Below are positions 53,501 through 64,000 of a stretch of 64,000 bases of DNA, one piece after another. Numbering within the stretch: the first letter of the stretch is position 1; every line of letters begins with the position of its first letter. The notes below the pieces were generated by a model that saw only the letters and a program-made list of their open reading frames with translations, was not told the origin of the DNA and did not search any database. Location: NCBI GenBank assembly GCA_951406725.2, contig OX597817.1, positions 38,874,001 through 38,938,000 of the forward strand. Reading direction: 5' to 3'. A program made the position numbers and the translations under genes. Source of the stretch: Octopus vulgaris (Eukaryota).

Positions 53501-55778
53501 GGTATCACCATGACAACTTTCTGTCATGGTCAATGTGACAATCACACTTTACTTCGATCCACTGCCGTAAACAGTGGAAGTGAGCTAGAACGTTAAAACT
53601 TAGTGCATATGTACAGCAGAGGTCAAGGTCAATCTGTGCCAAGCGGTTTCACTCTGCATGCTTCAGCTTTGTTACTATGGCAACAGTCCAGATACTTATT
53701 TATCAGACCTCATATATATATATTTCCTTATTATATATTACTTATTGATCAGACCTCATATATATATATTTCCAATGTGCCAGGGACCAGTAATATTTCT
53801 TAGTAATATTAATTTATACCGGAAACAATAAATATAATGAATATAACAAAAGTAGACAATTTTTTTAATCTTATATTTATTTTGTAAACAAATAATACAA
53901 TATTACATAAGCTTATTTACAGCAGTGCATAAGGCGAAATTACTGAAATTATGCTACTGTTTCTTTTCTGGAAACTCGCTGTGTACCAGCAGCTGATGGC
54001 TCACAGACCACCACTGAGTAGCAGTGACCTAGGTTACTTATGTATTGGGTGAGATAGGTAGCCAGAGAGATATATGACATTTCTTAATGTAAAGAAAGAA
54101 ACTAATTAAAATTTAATAGAGAAAAAATATTTAAGTTATGAGAGAAAGTTAAAGAACGAAAAAACATTTTTTTTTTCTGCTTTATATTTTAAGATAATTA
54201 TTGGCATTATACATGACTTTTGTAAATATAACATATCATACACAATGGATAAACACTAACATAACTTCTGGTTTGGCTTGGAACTCCCCTCCTCTCTCTC
54301 TTGCTCTATCCCTTTGTATGTATGTACAGGCATGTACATTGTTCAACATGCTCATTCACTTTCAAAAATTAAAAATTTCTTCTTTCATTATCAGTCTTTC
54401 TATCATCTTTGATACTTCTACAACCTTCTTCAATATTTCTGTTACTATTGACAGCCCACACATTTCAACACATTTCATTATAAAGCAAAGAACTCACACT
54501 CTGCCTTAGCTTTTCTTCCTCTCAGCCTTGCACTATATTTGACACTGTTCACTATGTAGTAAAGATAAAAATTTTTCTTTCCAAATATAATGAAATGTGC
54601 CATTTCTTCCCACCATAGTGTGTGTGCGTCTGTACCTCCTCCATTGCTTGACAACCGATGTTAGTGTGTTTACGTCCTCATAACAGTTTGGCAAAAGACA
54701 CTGATAAATACTAGGCTTACAAAGAATAAATCCTGGGGTCAATTTGTTCGACTAAAGTAATGTTGTTAAGTCAACTTTTCACTCCCATTAACCCAAACCA
54801 TTTAACAGGACCCCTGAATTTTATCACAAAAACATGGAGACAATTTTTTTTTTTTTCATGATTTATCATCTATCTGCTCTGAAATTTCTTCTACTGGAAT
54901 CTTAGGTAGAGGGAAACTGCAAGAAGCTTATTACATGCATACACAGATAAATATTGCACATATGTGTAAGTGTGCAAGAGTATGTGAGTGCTTAATTTGC
55001 TTGATACTGTTTATCAAAAGCAGTGATATCATGTTCTTGTAGTTCTGAACTTCTTATTTTTGAAGACCAGAGGAATAAAAATTCCTTACTCGATAAACTG
55101 GTATGGGAGTTGGCAACAAGAGCATCTAATCATAAAATACTTACCCAATAAGTCTTCATCCAACCCAGCATGAAACAGCAGACATAACACTAATGATGTT
55201 ACACACACACACATAAATATATGAAGTAAACATTATCTTCTGGATAATGATAGACCACAAATAAGCTGAGATAAAAATTGGGCATAAAGAGAAATCAGAC
55301 ATCATATACAAAACAGAAGACTGCACTGGTACAGACATCAGACATGTGAAGATGGCAGTTGGGTAAAGAAATGCCAAGTGATCCAAAGGGGGACTAAAGA
55401 TGACATAGCAGAAGCAGTGAAAACTGATCTCAGTTGAATCTCACAATTAAGATGATAAAGGTTGCACAAGTGGCAAGATATCTCCAGCTCATGCAAACAA
55501 GCAAGCAAAAAAAAAAAAAAGACATCATAACAATAGTATGTTTTGAACTTTCTGAGATGACCTCCCTTGATGTTTAACAAAAAAATGCTATTTCTTTCTT
55601 TAGAAACTATATCAGAATGTGAGCGAGAGAAAGAAAAAAAAAAATCAACATATAACTTTAGTAATTTAACATTTGTGAAATCTAATTAATGCAATTAAAG
55701 TAAACAAACCTTTCCTGTTTCGTCGACCACCTCTTCCATGCCACTTGGATCGCTTGTAGAAAGGTCTTGATTTATCAT
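26210..55778 (-). CDS. NXF1: Nuclear RNA export factor 1 (NXF1/TAP): RRM-LRR-NTF2L-UBA; 21 coding exons in window, 5' exon not located
   Basis: Phase-consistent exon chain of 1862 nt: basic N-terminus, RRM-like region (WYRVKIP...FYVQD), LRR (LVSLDISCNKL...LNLGKN, ELILEGNELC), 'VRKKFPKVLKLDCQDLPPPIVFD', NTF2-like (FLKQYYLIYDSDNRQALVDAYHDQAIFS, SESRNLL, LPGTQHDLNSF, FSRMFI, IVNDML), TAP-C/UBA (FSVQSEMNAEYSLQCLQQNNWEYEKAAQVF...GKIPLEAFIK*). Confidence 0.96.
26620..27130 (+). mobile_element. Degraded mariner transposase fragment in the last NXF1 intron
   Basis: Fragments reading KVMLCV-W, LLQQDNTRLHTAQTT, QHPAYNP. Confidence 0.65.
27299..27565 (-). CDS. NXF1: NXF1 exon (linker and TAP-C/UBA)
   Basis: SAFKTPAPTPSSSP...QKEMVSQFSVQSEMNAEYSLQCLQQNNWEYEKAAQVFLNLK. 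Confidence 0.94.
28776..28833 (-). CDS. NXF1: NXF1 exon
   Basis: IVIVNDMLTISNATSEQIQ. Confidence 0.9.
29607..29676 (-). CDS. NXF1: NXF1 exon
   Basis: ESKGEPPIRTFSRMFITTPQQDG |GTAAGT. Confidence 0.9.
30168..30210 (-). CDS. NXF1: NXF1 exon
   Basis: RTLLIFSVFGIFKE |GTAAGT. Confidence 0.9.
30361..30589. mobile_element. piggyBac-type (TTAA) MITE
   Basis: TTAA-cactttagcatt...aatgctaaagga-TTAA; same family at 37732-37944 and about 23101-23316. Confidence 0.75.
30752..30867 (-). CDS. NXF1: NXF1 exon (NTF2L)
   Basis: RRDKHLKVGRVNVVSQLRLLPGTQHDLNSFHIDVQHLS. Confidence 0.92.
30967..31025 (-). CDS. NXF1: NXF1 exon
   Basis: QPSLNEYFSESRNLLKLNAG |GTAAGT. Confidence 0.92.
31937..31980 (-). CDS. NXF1: NXF1 exon
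   Basis: AIFSFACIFNRALGK |GTATGT. Confidence 0.87.
32489..32777. mobile_element. Palindromic repeat element (~135-bp arms); single-arm copy at 13288-13423
   Basis: Near-perfect inverted arms around a 16-nt spacer; the same arm sequence occurs at 13.3 kb. Confidence 0.8.
33664..33849 (-). CDS. NXF1: NXF1 exon (linker and NTF2L start)
   Basis: DCQDLPPPIVFDLESDIDLPPSKDNYF...QYYLIYDSDNRQALVDAYHDQ. Confidence 0.94.
35492..35528 (-). CDS. NXF1: NXF1 conserved 37-nt exon
   Basis: Exactly 37 nt; TVRKKFPKVLKL |GTAAG. Confidence 0.93.
36171..36346 (-). promoter_or_regulatory. CTE-like RNA stem-loop (candidate NXF1-binding export element)
   Basis: Sense helices paired by eye: AGGAG/CUCCU, AAAGCUG/CAGCUUU, GGUC/GACC, UCAGUUAC/GUAACUGA, CUGUC/GACAG, CC/GG, then internal loop GAUGACG/UAUACCA, then GGUC/GACC and UUUUC/GAAAA. 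Confidence 0.7.
37732..37944. mobile_element. piggyBac-type (TTAA) MITE within the NXF1 cassette intron
   Basis: TTAA-ccttttagcatt...aatgctaaaggg-TTAA. Confidence 0.78.
41716..41825 (-). CDS. NXF1: NXF1 conserved 110-nt exon preceding the cassette intron
   Basis: Exactly 110 nt; LKSIEELEKIKDWKLDELILEGNELCNRFKDHSVYVR; donor AG|GTAATG. Confidence 0.93.
42406..42714 (+). mobile_element. Short 3' fragment of the LINE family at 59141-61520
   Basis: LYLQRFHLNQRRGAFSVWVADPWNKLPDEMV...WPELFT followed by a (TAAC)n tail. Confidence 0.9.
42890..42997 (-). CDS. NXF1: NXF1 exon (LRR)
   Basis: LVSLDISCNKLVTLEYLSPLVSYTPHLKNLNLGKNT. Confidence 0.92.
44300..44766. mobile_element. TTAA-flanked MITE with internal short tandem repeats
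   Basis: TTAA-ccctttgaaccccag...ctggggttctgaggg-TTAA; internal ggggtatttgtatc / gctagcggcc repeats. Confidence 0.6.
44907..44995 (-). CDS. NXF1: NXF1 exon
   Basis: MLKGTDSFMALNRPQVMTNVVTIIKENIPE |GTAAG. Confidence 0.9.
46050..46119 (-). CDS. NXF1: NXF1 exon (LRR start)
   Basis: LCLSERYDSSIKMLRLNSLYQDE |GTAAGT. Confidence 0.88.
47050..47121 (-). CDS. NXF1: NXF1 exon
   Basis: LAVIVKPSCAPGLTLDDRTLDKLK. Confidence 0.88.
47514..47618 (-). CDS. NXF1: NXF1 exon (RRM)
   Basis: FKNERGSCCFYVQDKVTADAIRQVDKKIMMPDGFK. Confidence 0.88.
48893..48976 (-). CDS. NXF1: NXF1 exon (RRM)
   Basis: IPCRQKLERNFIIREIESYINMPFQVSF |GTGAGT. Confidence 0.85.
49145..49960. mobile_element. Almost fully palindromic MITE/foldback with GG...CC ends and an 8-bp TSD (Merlin-like)
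   Basis: Starts ggatcttttccttttgaacggca and ends tgccgttcaaaaggaaaagatcc; perfect flanking direct repeat GATAAATG at 49137-49144 and 49961-49968. Confidence 0.88.
50958..51025 (-). CDS. NXF1: NXF1 exon
   Basis: RLKRLGLPVHSKHSDNNWYRVK; cag acceptor, GTATAT donor. Confidence 0.85.
51180..51480 (-). mobile_element. SINE copy of the 8405-8720 family
   Basis: Shared gatcc..aacagcc..gtgaa.ttaaca.gcaagt.gctgag core. Confidence 0.7.
51738..51811 (-). CDS. NXF1: NXF1 exon (PY-NLS-like R-x-x-PY spans the junction)
   Basis: VPYRKNHRKRPQNKILEMDKVQNS |GTGAGT. Confidence 0.85.
52699..52792 (-). CDS. NXF1: NXF1 exon
   Basis: GGAGGANPRSHLDDEDDFQMGDDLPGVSNQRH; canonical splice sites. Confidence 0.85.
52878..53714. 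mobile_element. Mariner-derived non-autonomous element with long inverted arms
   Basis: ~150-190-bp inverted arms (ggactgttgccatagtaa... / ...ttactatggcaacagtcc); transposase N-terminal remnants on both strands (QRICIKF; VYEWFRCF*DGRKNVDSDERSG). Confidence 0.75.
55710..55778 (-). CDS. NXF1: NXF1 exon (basic RGG-like N-terminus)
   Basis: DKSRPFYKRSKWHGRGGRRNRKG; cag acceptor, GTTTGT donor; phase 1 to 1. Confidence 0.75.
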
Positions 55779-55862
55779 CTGAATAAAACAATAGAATAAT
55801 AAAAATAATAATAATTCTGAAAACAACAATATAAGCACCCCCCCTCCAGCTCTAATGCTTTC

Positions 55863-56071
55863 ATCTATATATATAAAACTGAGGTGTGTCTGTATGTGTG
55901 CCTCACTAAAACTCAAGAACTATCCAACCGATTTCATTCAAATTTTACACATGCATTACTTAGGGTGAATGGACATTCTATGGTCCCTAAGTAGTGTATG
56001 CGTAAAATTTTAATGAAATCGATTGGGCAGTTCTTGGGTTTTAGTGATGCACACATACAGACACATTCTCA

Positions 56072-56109
<38 letters not shown>

Positions 56110-56440
56110 TAGATAAATAGATAGATAGATACTATAGCCCCAGGTCAACAAAAGCCTTGAGTGGATTTTGTACATGGAAACTAAAACAAGACTATCATAT
56201 ATGTGTGTGTGTACTTCCTCCATCGCTTGACAACCGGTTTTTAGTGTGTTTACGTCCTCATAACAGTTTGGCAAAAGACACCAATAGAGTAAGTACTAGG
56301 CTTACAAAAAATATATCCTGGGGTCAATTTGTTCGACTAAAGGCAGTGCTCCAGCATCGTCCCAGTCACATGACAAATAAGTAAAACAATAAAAAAGTAT
56401 GCCATTTTAATCCCAAGCAACGCCAGGTATCTCTGCTAGT
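55863..56440 (+). mobile_element. Helitron-like non-autonomous element with an inverted-duplicated 5' end and a nested SINE fragment
   Basis: atctatatatataaaactgag start; ~105-bp inverted arms over 55863-56090; ends gcaacgccaggtatctctgCTAGt. Confidence 0.5.
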
Positions 56441-56651
56441 ACAGCACTACAATTGAAGTTCACATTTTATTGAAAACATTTGACCAAAATATTTAGGTTT
56501 TTCTTTTCCTTAAAACTTTATCAAAATGAAGCACAAAGTTCAAAGTATAAATTATAGATATAGAACAGAAAAATTAAATCACCATTAGAAAAAATAAGTA
56601 TGAGCCTCAATTTTGAATTTCATCTTTATTATCAAATATTAGTGAGTGCAA

Positions 56652-57532
56652 ATCATCATCATCATCATTTAACGTCCGCTTTCCATGCTAGCATGGGTTG
56701 GACGGTTCAACTGGGGTCTGAGGAGCCCGAAGGCTGCACCAGGCCAGTCAGATCTGGCAGTGTTTCTACAGCTGGATGCCCTTCCTAACGCCAACCACTC
56801 CGAGAGTGTAGTGGGTGATTTTATGTGCCACCGACACAGTGCCAGACGAGGCTGGCAGACGGCCACGCTCGGATGGTGTTTTTATGTGCCACCGACACAG
56901 GTGCCAGATGAGGCTGGTGAACGGCCACGATCGGATGGTGTTTGTTACGTGCCCACAGCACGGAGGCCAGTCGATGCGGTACTGGCTACGGCCACGTTCG
57001 GATGGTTTTCTTGTATGCCACCGGCACTGGTACCACAAAGATACAAATTCCATTGATGTTCATCTATTTTGATTTTGATTTTCACTTGCCTCAACAGGTC
57101 TTCGCAAGATGTTCATCTATTTTGATTTGTTTTAATTTGATTTGATTTTGATTTTCACTTGCCTCAACAGGTCTTCACAAGTGTCACAAGAAGGAAGGTA
57201 TGCACAGGTGGACTGACTACGTCCCAGGTAGGGATCACAGGTTATGGCCTGACTATTCTTGCCGGGTCTTCGGATGGTGTTTTTATGTGCCACCGACACA
57301 GGTGCCAGATGAGACTGGCGAACGGCCACGATCGGATGGTGTTTGTTACGTGCCCACAGCACGGAGGCCAGTCGATGCGGTATTGGCTACAGTCACGTTC
57401 GGATAGTTTTCTTGTGTGCCACAAAGATACAAATTCCATTGATGTTCATCTATTTTGATTTGATTTTCACTTGCCTCAACAGGTCTTCACAAGTGTCACA
57501 AGAAGGAAGGTATGCACGTCCCAGGTAGGGTC
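56652..57532 (-). mobile_element. SINE-like element with a (GAT)n tail and internal tandem duplications
   Basis: catcatcatcatttaacgtccg start; the ~320-bp block from 56870 is repeated from 57270; related 3' ends at 21590-21740, 43460-43750, 45560-45680 and 50330-50510. Confidence 0.7.
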
Positions 57533-59140
57533 CACTGGTTAAAGTTTATTAGTTTAAAAGATAAGTAGCTGATAGATTAGTACTTGTCACTACCGATTAT
57601 ATCATATCCCTTGTCAGTTAACAAATCACTTAAGTTCACTCCTGTATGTTGTAAGAGCTATACAAAAATAAGCCAGGCGTGCTACCATATTTACATTTAA
57701 TATGAAGAATGCTCTCTTTTTTTTTTTCTTTTTTTAGTACAATGTGAGAAAGGTGGTAAACATGGTGTGGATGGTATTACAAATACAATTCTTAAAATAA
57801 AATTTTAACTTCAGTCTTTTCATTTTGTTCTACCCCTTAACATTTATAGAAACCTTTTTTTTTTTTAAGTATGTTTTTGAATATATAATTCAAGCATGGC
57901 TGTGTGGATACAGAGTTCACTTTGTGACCATGTAATTTTGGCTTCTATCTCAATGCATGGTGTCTTGGGCAAATATCTTCTATTAAAGCCAGAAACTGAC
58001 CAATGCCTTGCAAGTGAAATTGGTAGATAGAATTTGAATGGAAGCCTATCATATATAATTCCAAAGTAGATTACAAATATCAATCAACGTCTGTGTATGA
58101 TTTCATGCTTTAAAAAAATGTTGCAGAGCTGTCTTGTTCTGATTAGTAAAATAAGTACCAATTATATACTGAGGTTTGTTCCTTTGATTATATAGGGTTT
58201 GTTCATTGATTGTATAGTATCTTTTTTCTTGTAAAATATAACTAGTATGCTAGCAATGATTGTTTCGTTGCAGTTCTTTAGCCCTTGGTCAGCATTGATT
58301 AAGTATGCTTATGATCAAAAGGTATTCTAAGCATAAACATCATCTATTTTCTGACAAAGTGTATCCAAGATCACAATATTGGCTTAACATATCTAACAAC
58401 ATGAATCCACCTTTCTTGCAATAGTATTTTTTTTATTTTTTGGTACTACCACAATCAGCGAACAGCAAACACCACTGCATGAATTCATGCGGAGGCATGA
58501 CTTCGGTAAGCCTAAAAACATTTATTTTTTCCACACTTTTGACTGATTATTTGGAGTTTCTTTAGAAACGCACCTCCCCAATTAATGAAATGCAATGAAG
58601 AAAATAGTTTTGAAAATGGAACATATATACAAAATAAATGAGGTATGCAAAGAATTAGAAACATTCATTCATTTTTGAATATTCAGTCAAGAGGATCATT
58701 CTTCCATGTTGAAATATAAACTGAACCGCTTACGCTATACTTGAAGCTTGTTCTTCAAGAATATTATTTTGCACAAAATATAAGCATCTATGTCGGAATA
58801 CAGAACAAGTGCTGAGTGAATAAGGAACGGATGCGAATGCACTTTTTTTTTCCTGATAAATGCTTTTTACATTATATAAATGACTAGAAACCTAATTTTA
58901 TTAGAAGAGCAAGTCATCTTATTGCAAATAAAGTGTTGTTTTTTTTATTTCTTTTATTTTTTTTACGACTTGGGACAAGTCCTGAAGCAAGCTGAGCATT
59001 GACGATCCTTGTTGACTTTTAATGCATAGGCCTATGATAACCAATTTGGCTGACCTAGATCTAAGCCGACAGACAAAAATAATGAGTGTATAGAAAGCAG
59101 CTGGAACTAGGAGAGGTTTTGCTTTAAACCAAAGCAGTAG

Positions 59141-61520
59141 TAGTTAGTTAGTTAGTTAGTTAGTTAATTTGGCTCAAAAGCAAATAGCAAGGCCATGTAG
59201 GGGGACATGGAGTTAAGTACAGGGTGGTGTTCTTGTAAAGAGTTCAGGCCACTTGAGGTCCAGGGAGGCTTTGAACAAAGCGGTCGTCGGCATCCTCACC
59301 ATCTCGTCTGGCAGCTTGTTCCACGGATCCGCAACCCGGACGGAGAAAGCTCCTCTCCTTCGATTGAGATGAAATCGTCGCAGGTAGAGCTTTTCGGAAT
59401 GACCCCGCAGCCGACGCTCCGGAGCAGGAGTGAAGAACAGCTCTTTCGAGAGGTTACACTTCCCGCTTATGATGTTGTGGGTGAGAATGAGATCACCATG
59501 GCGGCGGCGTTTTTCAAGAGAACAAAGGTCGAGCGTCCTCAGCCTTTCTTCGTAGGACAAATTTTTGAGACCATGAACCATGCAGGTAGCCAGCCTCTGG
59601 ACTCTTTCGAGGTGCTGTATGTCTTTGAGGAGATAAGGAGAAGAGGCTTGAATCCCATACTCCAATATGGGTCTCACCAGCGTGACAGAGTGGCAGGAAT
59701 ATGGCTGCTGTGAGCATTCCGAATGACCGTCGAATCAAAAACAGAATTCCGCGCGCTTTGTTGGCAGCATGGACGCACTGGGCCGAAGGCGAAAAGGAGG
59801 AATCCACCAAGATATCCAGGTCCTTTACCTGATCGGTCCTCTCCAGCAGCAGACGACCCGGCTCGAAATCAAGTTGAGTTGCAGGAGTAGAGCCGACAGG
59901 CAGATGACAGCACTTTGACACGTTCAGACACAGGTCCCAATCGTTAGACCACTTCCAAATTTGGTGGAGGCATCGACGAAGATCCTCTATACTACCGCGA
60001 GGAGCGACCAGTTTGATATCGTCGGCAAATAGAAGGGTGTGTTGCGTGAGGTCGTCGGGCGAGTCATTTATGAAGACCAAGAACAACAAGGGCCCAAGCA
60101 CTGAACCTTGAAGCACGCCACTGCTCGCACTGGAGACGTCGGACCGCGAACCATTAACTTGAACTTGGTAGGAGCGATCTGAGAGGAAGGCACCAACCCA
60201 TCGTACAATATCCGGATGGAAACTATATGCTTGAAGCTTGACAAGTAGTAGGCGGTGGTTTACCGAGTCAAAAGCTTTGGCAAAGTCCAATAAAACGATG
60301 TCAACAGCATCACTATCATCGAGGATGCGCGTCACCAATTCTTCCATTACTAGTAAGTTGGTCAAGCATGATCTCTTCGGCACGAAGCCATGTTGGGAAT
60401 CAGTGATCGAGGCTGTGTTTAGGAGGTGGAGCATCATACTTTTCTTAAGGATGGTTTCGAACATCTTGCTGATTATTGATGTAAGGGAAACCGGTCGGTA
60501 GTTAAGCGGGTCTTCGCGGCTCCCTTTCTTGAAAATTGGGCAGATTATCGCTGTTCTCCAATCTGCAGGTATAACACCCGTCGCCAATGACATATTGAAT
60601 AGTCGTGTTAAGGGCTCGCAGATGACCGGAGCCAACGCTTTGATAACCCGTGGGTGTATGCCGTCAGGGCCGTGACTCTTGTTGACATCGAGGCCTTGAA
60701 TAACACGTTTGACTTGGTCCCGCGTGATGATCAATCGAAGCATTGGAGGTACCGATCTATCAAATGGAGGGGGTTCACGACCATCATCTTGTTTGAAAAT
60801 AGTTGAAAAAGCCTCGGCAAATAATTGACTCTGTTGATAAGGGTCCTCAATCGATACGCCTGTTGAGTCTACCAACGTTGCAATCTGGTTGTTCAAGCGG
60901 GAATTCCGCTGGACATGGGCAAAGAAGGTTTTTGGATTGCTACTGGCATTTGCCGCGATTTTGTATTCATAACTGAAGCGTTCTTTCTTTTCAATTTTCA
61001 CGGCGGTCTTGTTGAGTTTTGTACACCTCAAAAGCTGCAGTCGAATCCAGATTTTTTAATTCAGCCCAAGCAATATCTCTGAGTTGACGTTCTCGTTTAA
61101 CCTTCTTCGTCACCCAGGGCTTGTGTTTCTTCCTCTTGGGAAGTCCAACGGGAACTGCCTGGTCAGTCAAACAGATTACATATGCTTTGAGGGATGACGA
61201 TAGTTCGTCAACTGAGGACAACGTCATCAGGGAACGCCAGTCCAGAAGCGCGGAAGCCTCGGTTAGAATTTCAAGATTAATTGCAGAGAAGACTCTACGT
61301 GGCAGCGAAGTAATCGTGGGCGTGGAAAAAGTTGTGTGCATGACGAACTTCAGGACCGCATGATCACTCTTGGCAAGAGGGGCGCACACAGATACGTCTG
61401 ACACTGATCTTGGATAGCGGGAGAATACCAGATCTAGCATAGATGGCTGCTGCCCAGACCGATGCCTTGTCGGATATTCAACATGTTGCGATAGAAAACA
61501 ATCTTCAGCCACGTCAAGTA
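59141..61520 (-). mobile_element. 5'-truncated CR1/L2-type LINE (endonuclease tail and RT), few frameshifts, (TAAC)n 3' tail
   Basis: ORFs with KSHGPDGI, NYRPVSLTS, LDFAKAFDSV, GVLQGSVLGPLLF, LFADD; LAKSDH endonuclease motif; tail ttagttagttag on the plus strand at 59141-59166. Confidence 0.93.
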
Positions 61521-61559
61521 AAACTAGTACTAGCCAAAAAACTGATGCAGGGGAGTAGT

Positions 61560-64000
61560 TGGCTGAAGGAACTGAAAGGGCCCAAACAAAACAACCAAGC
61601 TCAGAGGAAAATAGCGAGAGTCTAAACAGATTGCTATTAAACGTGACAGACAAGAAACCTCAATATTTACTGTTAATCAGCGACTTCAACTACCCCAACA
61701 TAAATTGGAAACAAGACAGGAGTCTGAAAGGTGAGAACCATGCAGCGAATAAATTTTTCAAGGCAACAAAGGAAGCATTCCTGATAAAGCACCAGAGAGA
61801 ACCAACAAAAATCAGGAAGGGACGGTGTCCAACTCTAGACGACCTGGTGATGATAAACAGGGAAGACATGATCAATGATATCATTGTAGCATCATCCCTT
61901 GGGAAGAGTGACCATGTAGTGTTGATCATCAGCTTGTGCTATGCATACCAAGAAACAGGAAAGAAAGAATATTTCAACTTTACAAAGGCAAACATAGAAG
62001 AGATGAGGAAAGACCTGGAAAATATCAGATGGGTGGGTGAGCTGAAATGTCTATCAGATGGAGAGGCATAGGAAAAGCTGTGCAAGGAATTGGACAGAGT
62101 AACAGAGAAATATGTACCAAAGATGGGAGGCTCAAGAGCAAGAAGTGGCTCAATAGAGATACACTTAGAACAGTGCAGCAGAAGCACAAACTGTATAGAT
62201 GTTGGTTGCATATCAAGAATGGGCAAGATTATCAGGCCTACATCAAGAGCAGAAATAAAGCAACAAAGGCATGCCATAAAGCAAAGAAGAAATTAGAGAA
62301 AATGGTAGCAATACAAGCCAAGACAAACCCAAAGCCATTTTGATCATATGTGAAGTCAAAAACGAAATCAAAGACTGGTATTGCAGACTTGAAAAGAAGT
62401 GATGGTTCTAAGACAACCACAGACAAAGAGAAAGCCTATCTGCTGAACACTTTCTTTCAGAGTGTCTTCACCGTAGAGAAGGAAGGCGATCAACCAGACA
62501 TGCCAGAGTACATGTATGACATTGAGCTGACCAACATTTTTGTGGAAAAAGTTCACAAGCAGCTGACAAGCCTGAAGATTGCCAAACCCCCAGGACTGGA
62601 TGGAATCAGCCCATGCATAATTTCCGAGCTATCAGATGTACTCGCTCTGCCAATCACAATTGTCTACAGAAAATCAATGGAGACAAGCAAAATCCCAAAC
62701 AAGTGGAGAACTGCTAACGTCTCCCCCATATTCAAGAAAGGGAGCCATTTTACGGTCAACAACTACAGGCCAGTAAGCTTGACCTGTGTACTGTGCAAGA
62801 TGATGGAGATGTTTGTTCGTGAGAACATCATTGAACACCAGCTGTGAAATGACCTCATCAACCAAGAACAGCATGGGTTCACAAAGGCAAGATTATGTGT
62901 GACGCAACTGCTTGACATTCTTGACATCTGGATGGAGGCCTTGGATGCAGGGGAAGGAGTCGATGCAATCTACATGGATTACATGAAAGCATTTGACAGT
63001 GTCCCACATCGTAGGCTTGTAACCAAAGTAGAAGCTCACAGTATCAAGGGAAATATCCTTCAGTGGATCCGGGACTTCTTGAGCCACTGGTCATGAGTCT
63101 GTGTCAATGGCAAGAAGTCAGAGAGGGGAGAGGTGACAAGTGGCATCCCACAAGGCAGTGTCATTGGCCCAGTAGATTTCCATGTATATAAACGATCTGC
63201 CTCAGCATGTCCAGAGTCACATCAGGTTATATGCTGACGACACAAAGATCTTCGTAAGGAATGACGTTGATGTGACCATTGCAACACTGCAAACAACCTG
63301 GATTGCCTTCATGAGTGGTTGACGAACTGGCAAATGCGGTTCCATCATGAGAAGTGTTCCGTCTTGAGAGTGGGGAACCCAAAGACAGACAGCAAATATG
63401 AGAGGCCAGGATGGGGGAACAGACTGAGGTGGAGCTAGTAGAAAGTGAGGTGGAGGGGGATCTTAGTGTCTTGATTGACATAGGGCTGACCTTCACGAGC
63501 CACATAAGCCAAGCAACTGCAAAAGCAAATTGAATCCTTGGAGTCATCCAACGATCATTTGACTTCATTACCCGTTGTCTTCGTCCAGCTGTACAAGTCT
63601 CTAGTTCGCCCGATTCTTGAATGACAGTTTCGCAATCCCAGCATAAGGCAATGTGTTGCAATTTGGAGGATGTTCAGAGGCGTGCCACCAAACTTATTGC
63701 ATCCTTGAAAGAAAAGCCATACCCAGAGCACTTGGCTGCACTAAACCTGCCTAGTCTCGAACATCGCTGTCTCAGGTGGGATATGATTAACATGTATATG
63801 TATATGCACGGCCTGTACCTGATCAACCGCAACCAATTCAACTACTTCCAAGGCAGAAATACGAGAGGACACTGCAGGCTCAACATTAGAAGCTGTTTTT
63901 CGTACAGCGTGTGACCGCCACCTGGAACAGTCTGCCAAGCAGTCTGGTTGCAGCTCCATTGGTCAATGCTTTCAAAAACAGGCTTGACGCACACTGGAGA
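61560..64000 (+). mobile_element. Degenerate CR1/L2-type LINE ORF2, runs off the window end
   Basis: SDFNYPNINW, LGKSDH, KPPGLDGI, NYRPVSLTCV, MDYMKAFDSV, GIPQGSV, LYADD with many stops and frameshifts. Confidence 0.92.

Noticed and set aside
56810-57420. Repeated ttttatgtgccaccgacaca units resembling a CRISPR array
   Set aside because: Eukaryotic context, no cas genes, and the intervening sequences are themselves duplicated; these are internal tandem duplications of a SINE-like repeat.
57594-58511. Candidate NXF1 upstream exons on the minus strand (about 57594-57641 and 58450-58511)
   Set aside because: Weak GTAGT donors and no recognisable NXF1 N-terminal similarity; the start exon is left unresolved and may lie beyond the window.

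Overview
AT-rich, microsatellite- and SINE-dense animal DNA. The SINE and MITE families look like those of octopus or another coleoid cephalopod (inference). Two intron-rich genes converge tail to tail. (1) Plus strand, 535 to 22454 or 24015: a 12-13 exon gene for a ~420-aa membrane-anchored protein carrying a bacterial-type CBM9-like (DOMON-like) carbohydrate-binding domain. (2) Minus strand, 55778 to 26210: 21 coding exons (~619 codons, start exon not found) of nuclear RNA export factor 1 (NXF1/TAP). NXF1 keeps the conserved '110-nt exon, cassette intron, 37-nt exon' block, with an in-frame stop right after the donor. The best finding lies inside that 6.2-kb, repeat-poor intron: a ~175-nt stem-loop (36171-36346, minus strand) whose 7x7 internal loop (CC-GAUGACG-GGUC / GACC-UAUACCA-GG) has the geometry of the retroviral and vertebrate constitutive transport element (CTE). 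It is a candidate invertebrate NXF1 autoregulatory RNA export element. The rest is mariner relics, hAT-, piggyBac- and Merlin-like MITEs, palindromic foldbacks, tRNA-derived SINEs, CR1/L2-type LINEs and simple repeats. All coordinates were read by eye and no searches or folding programs were run.
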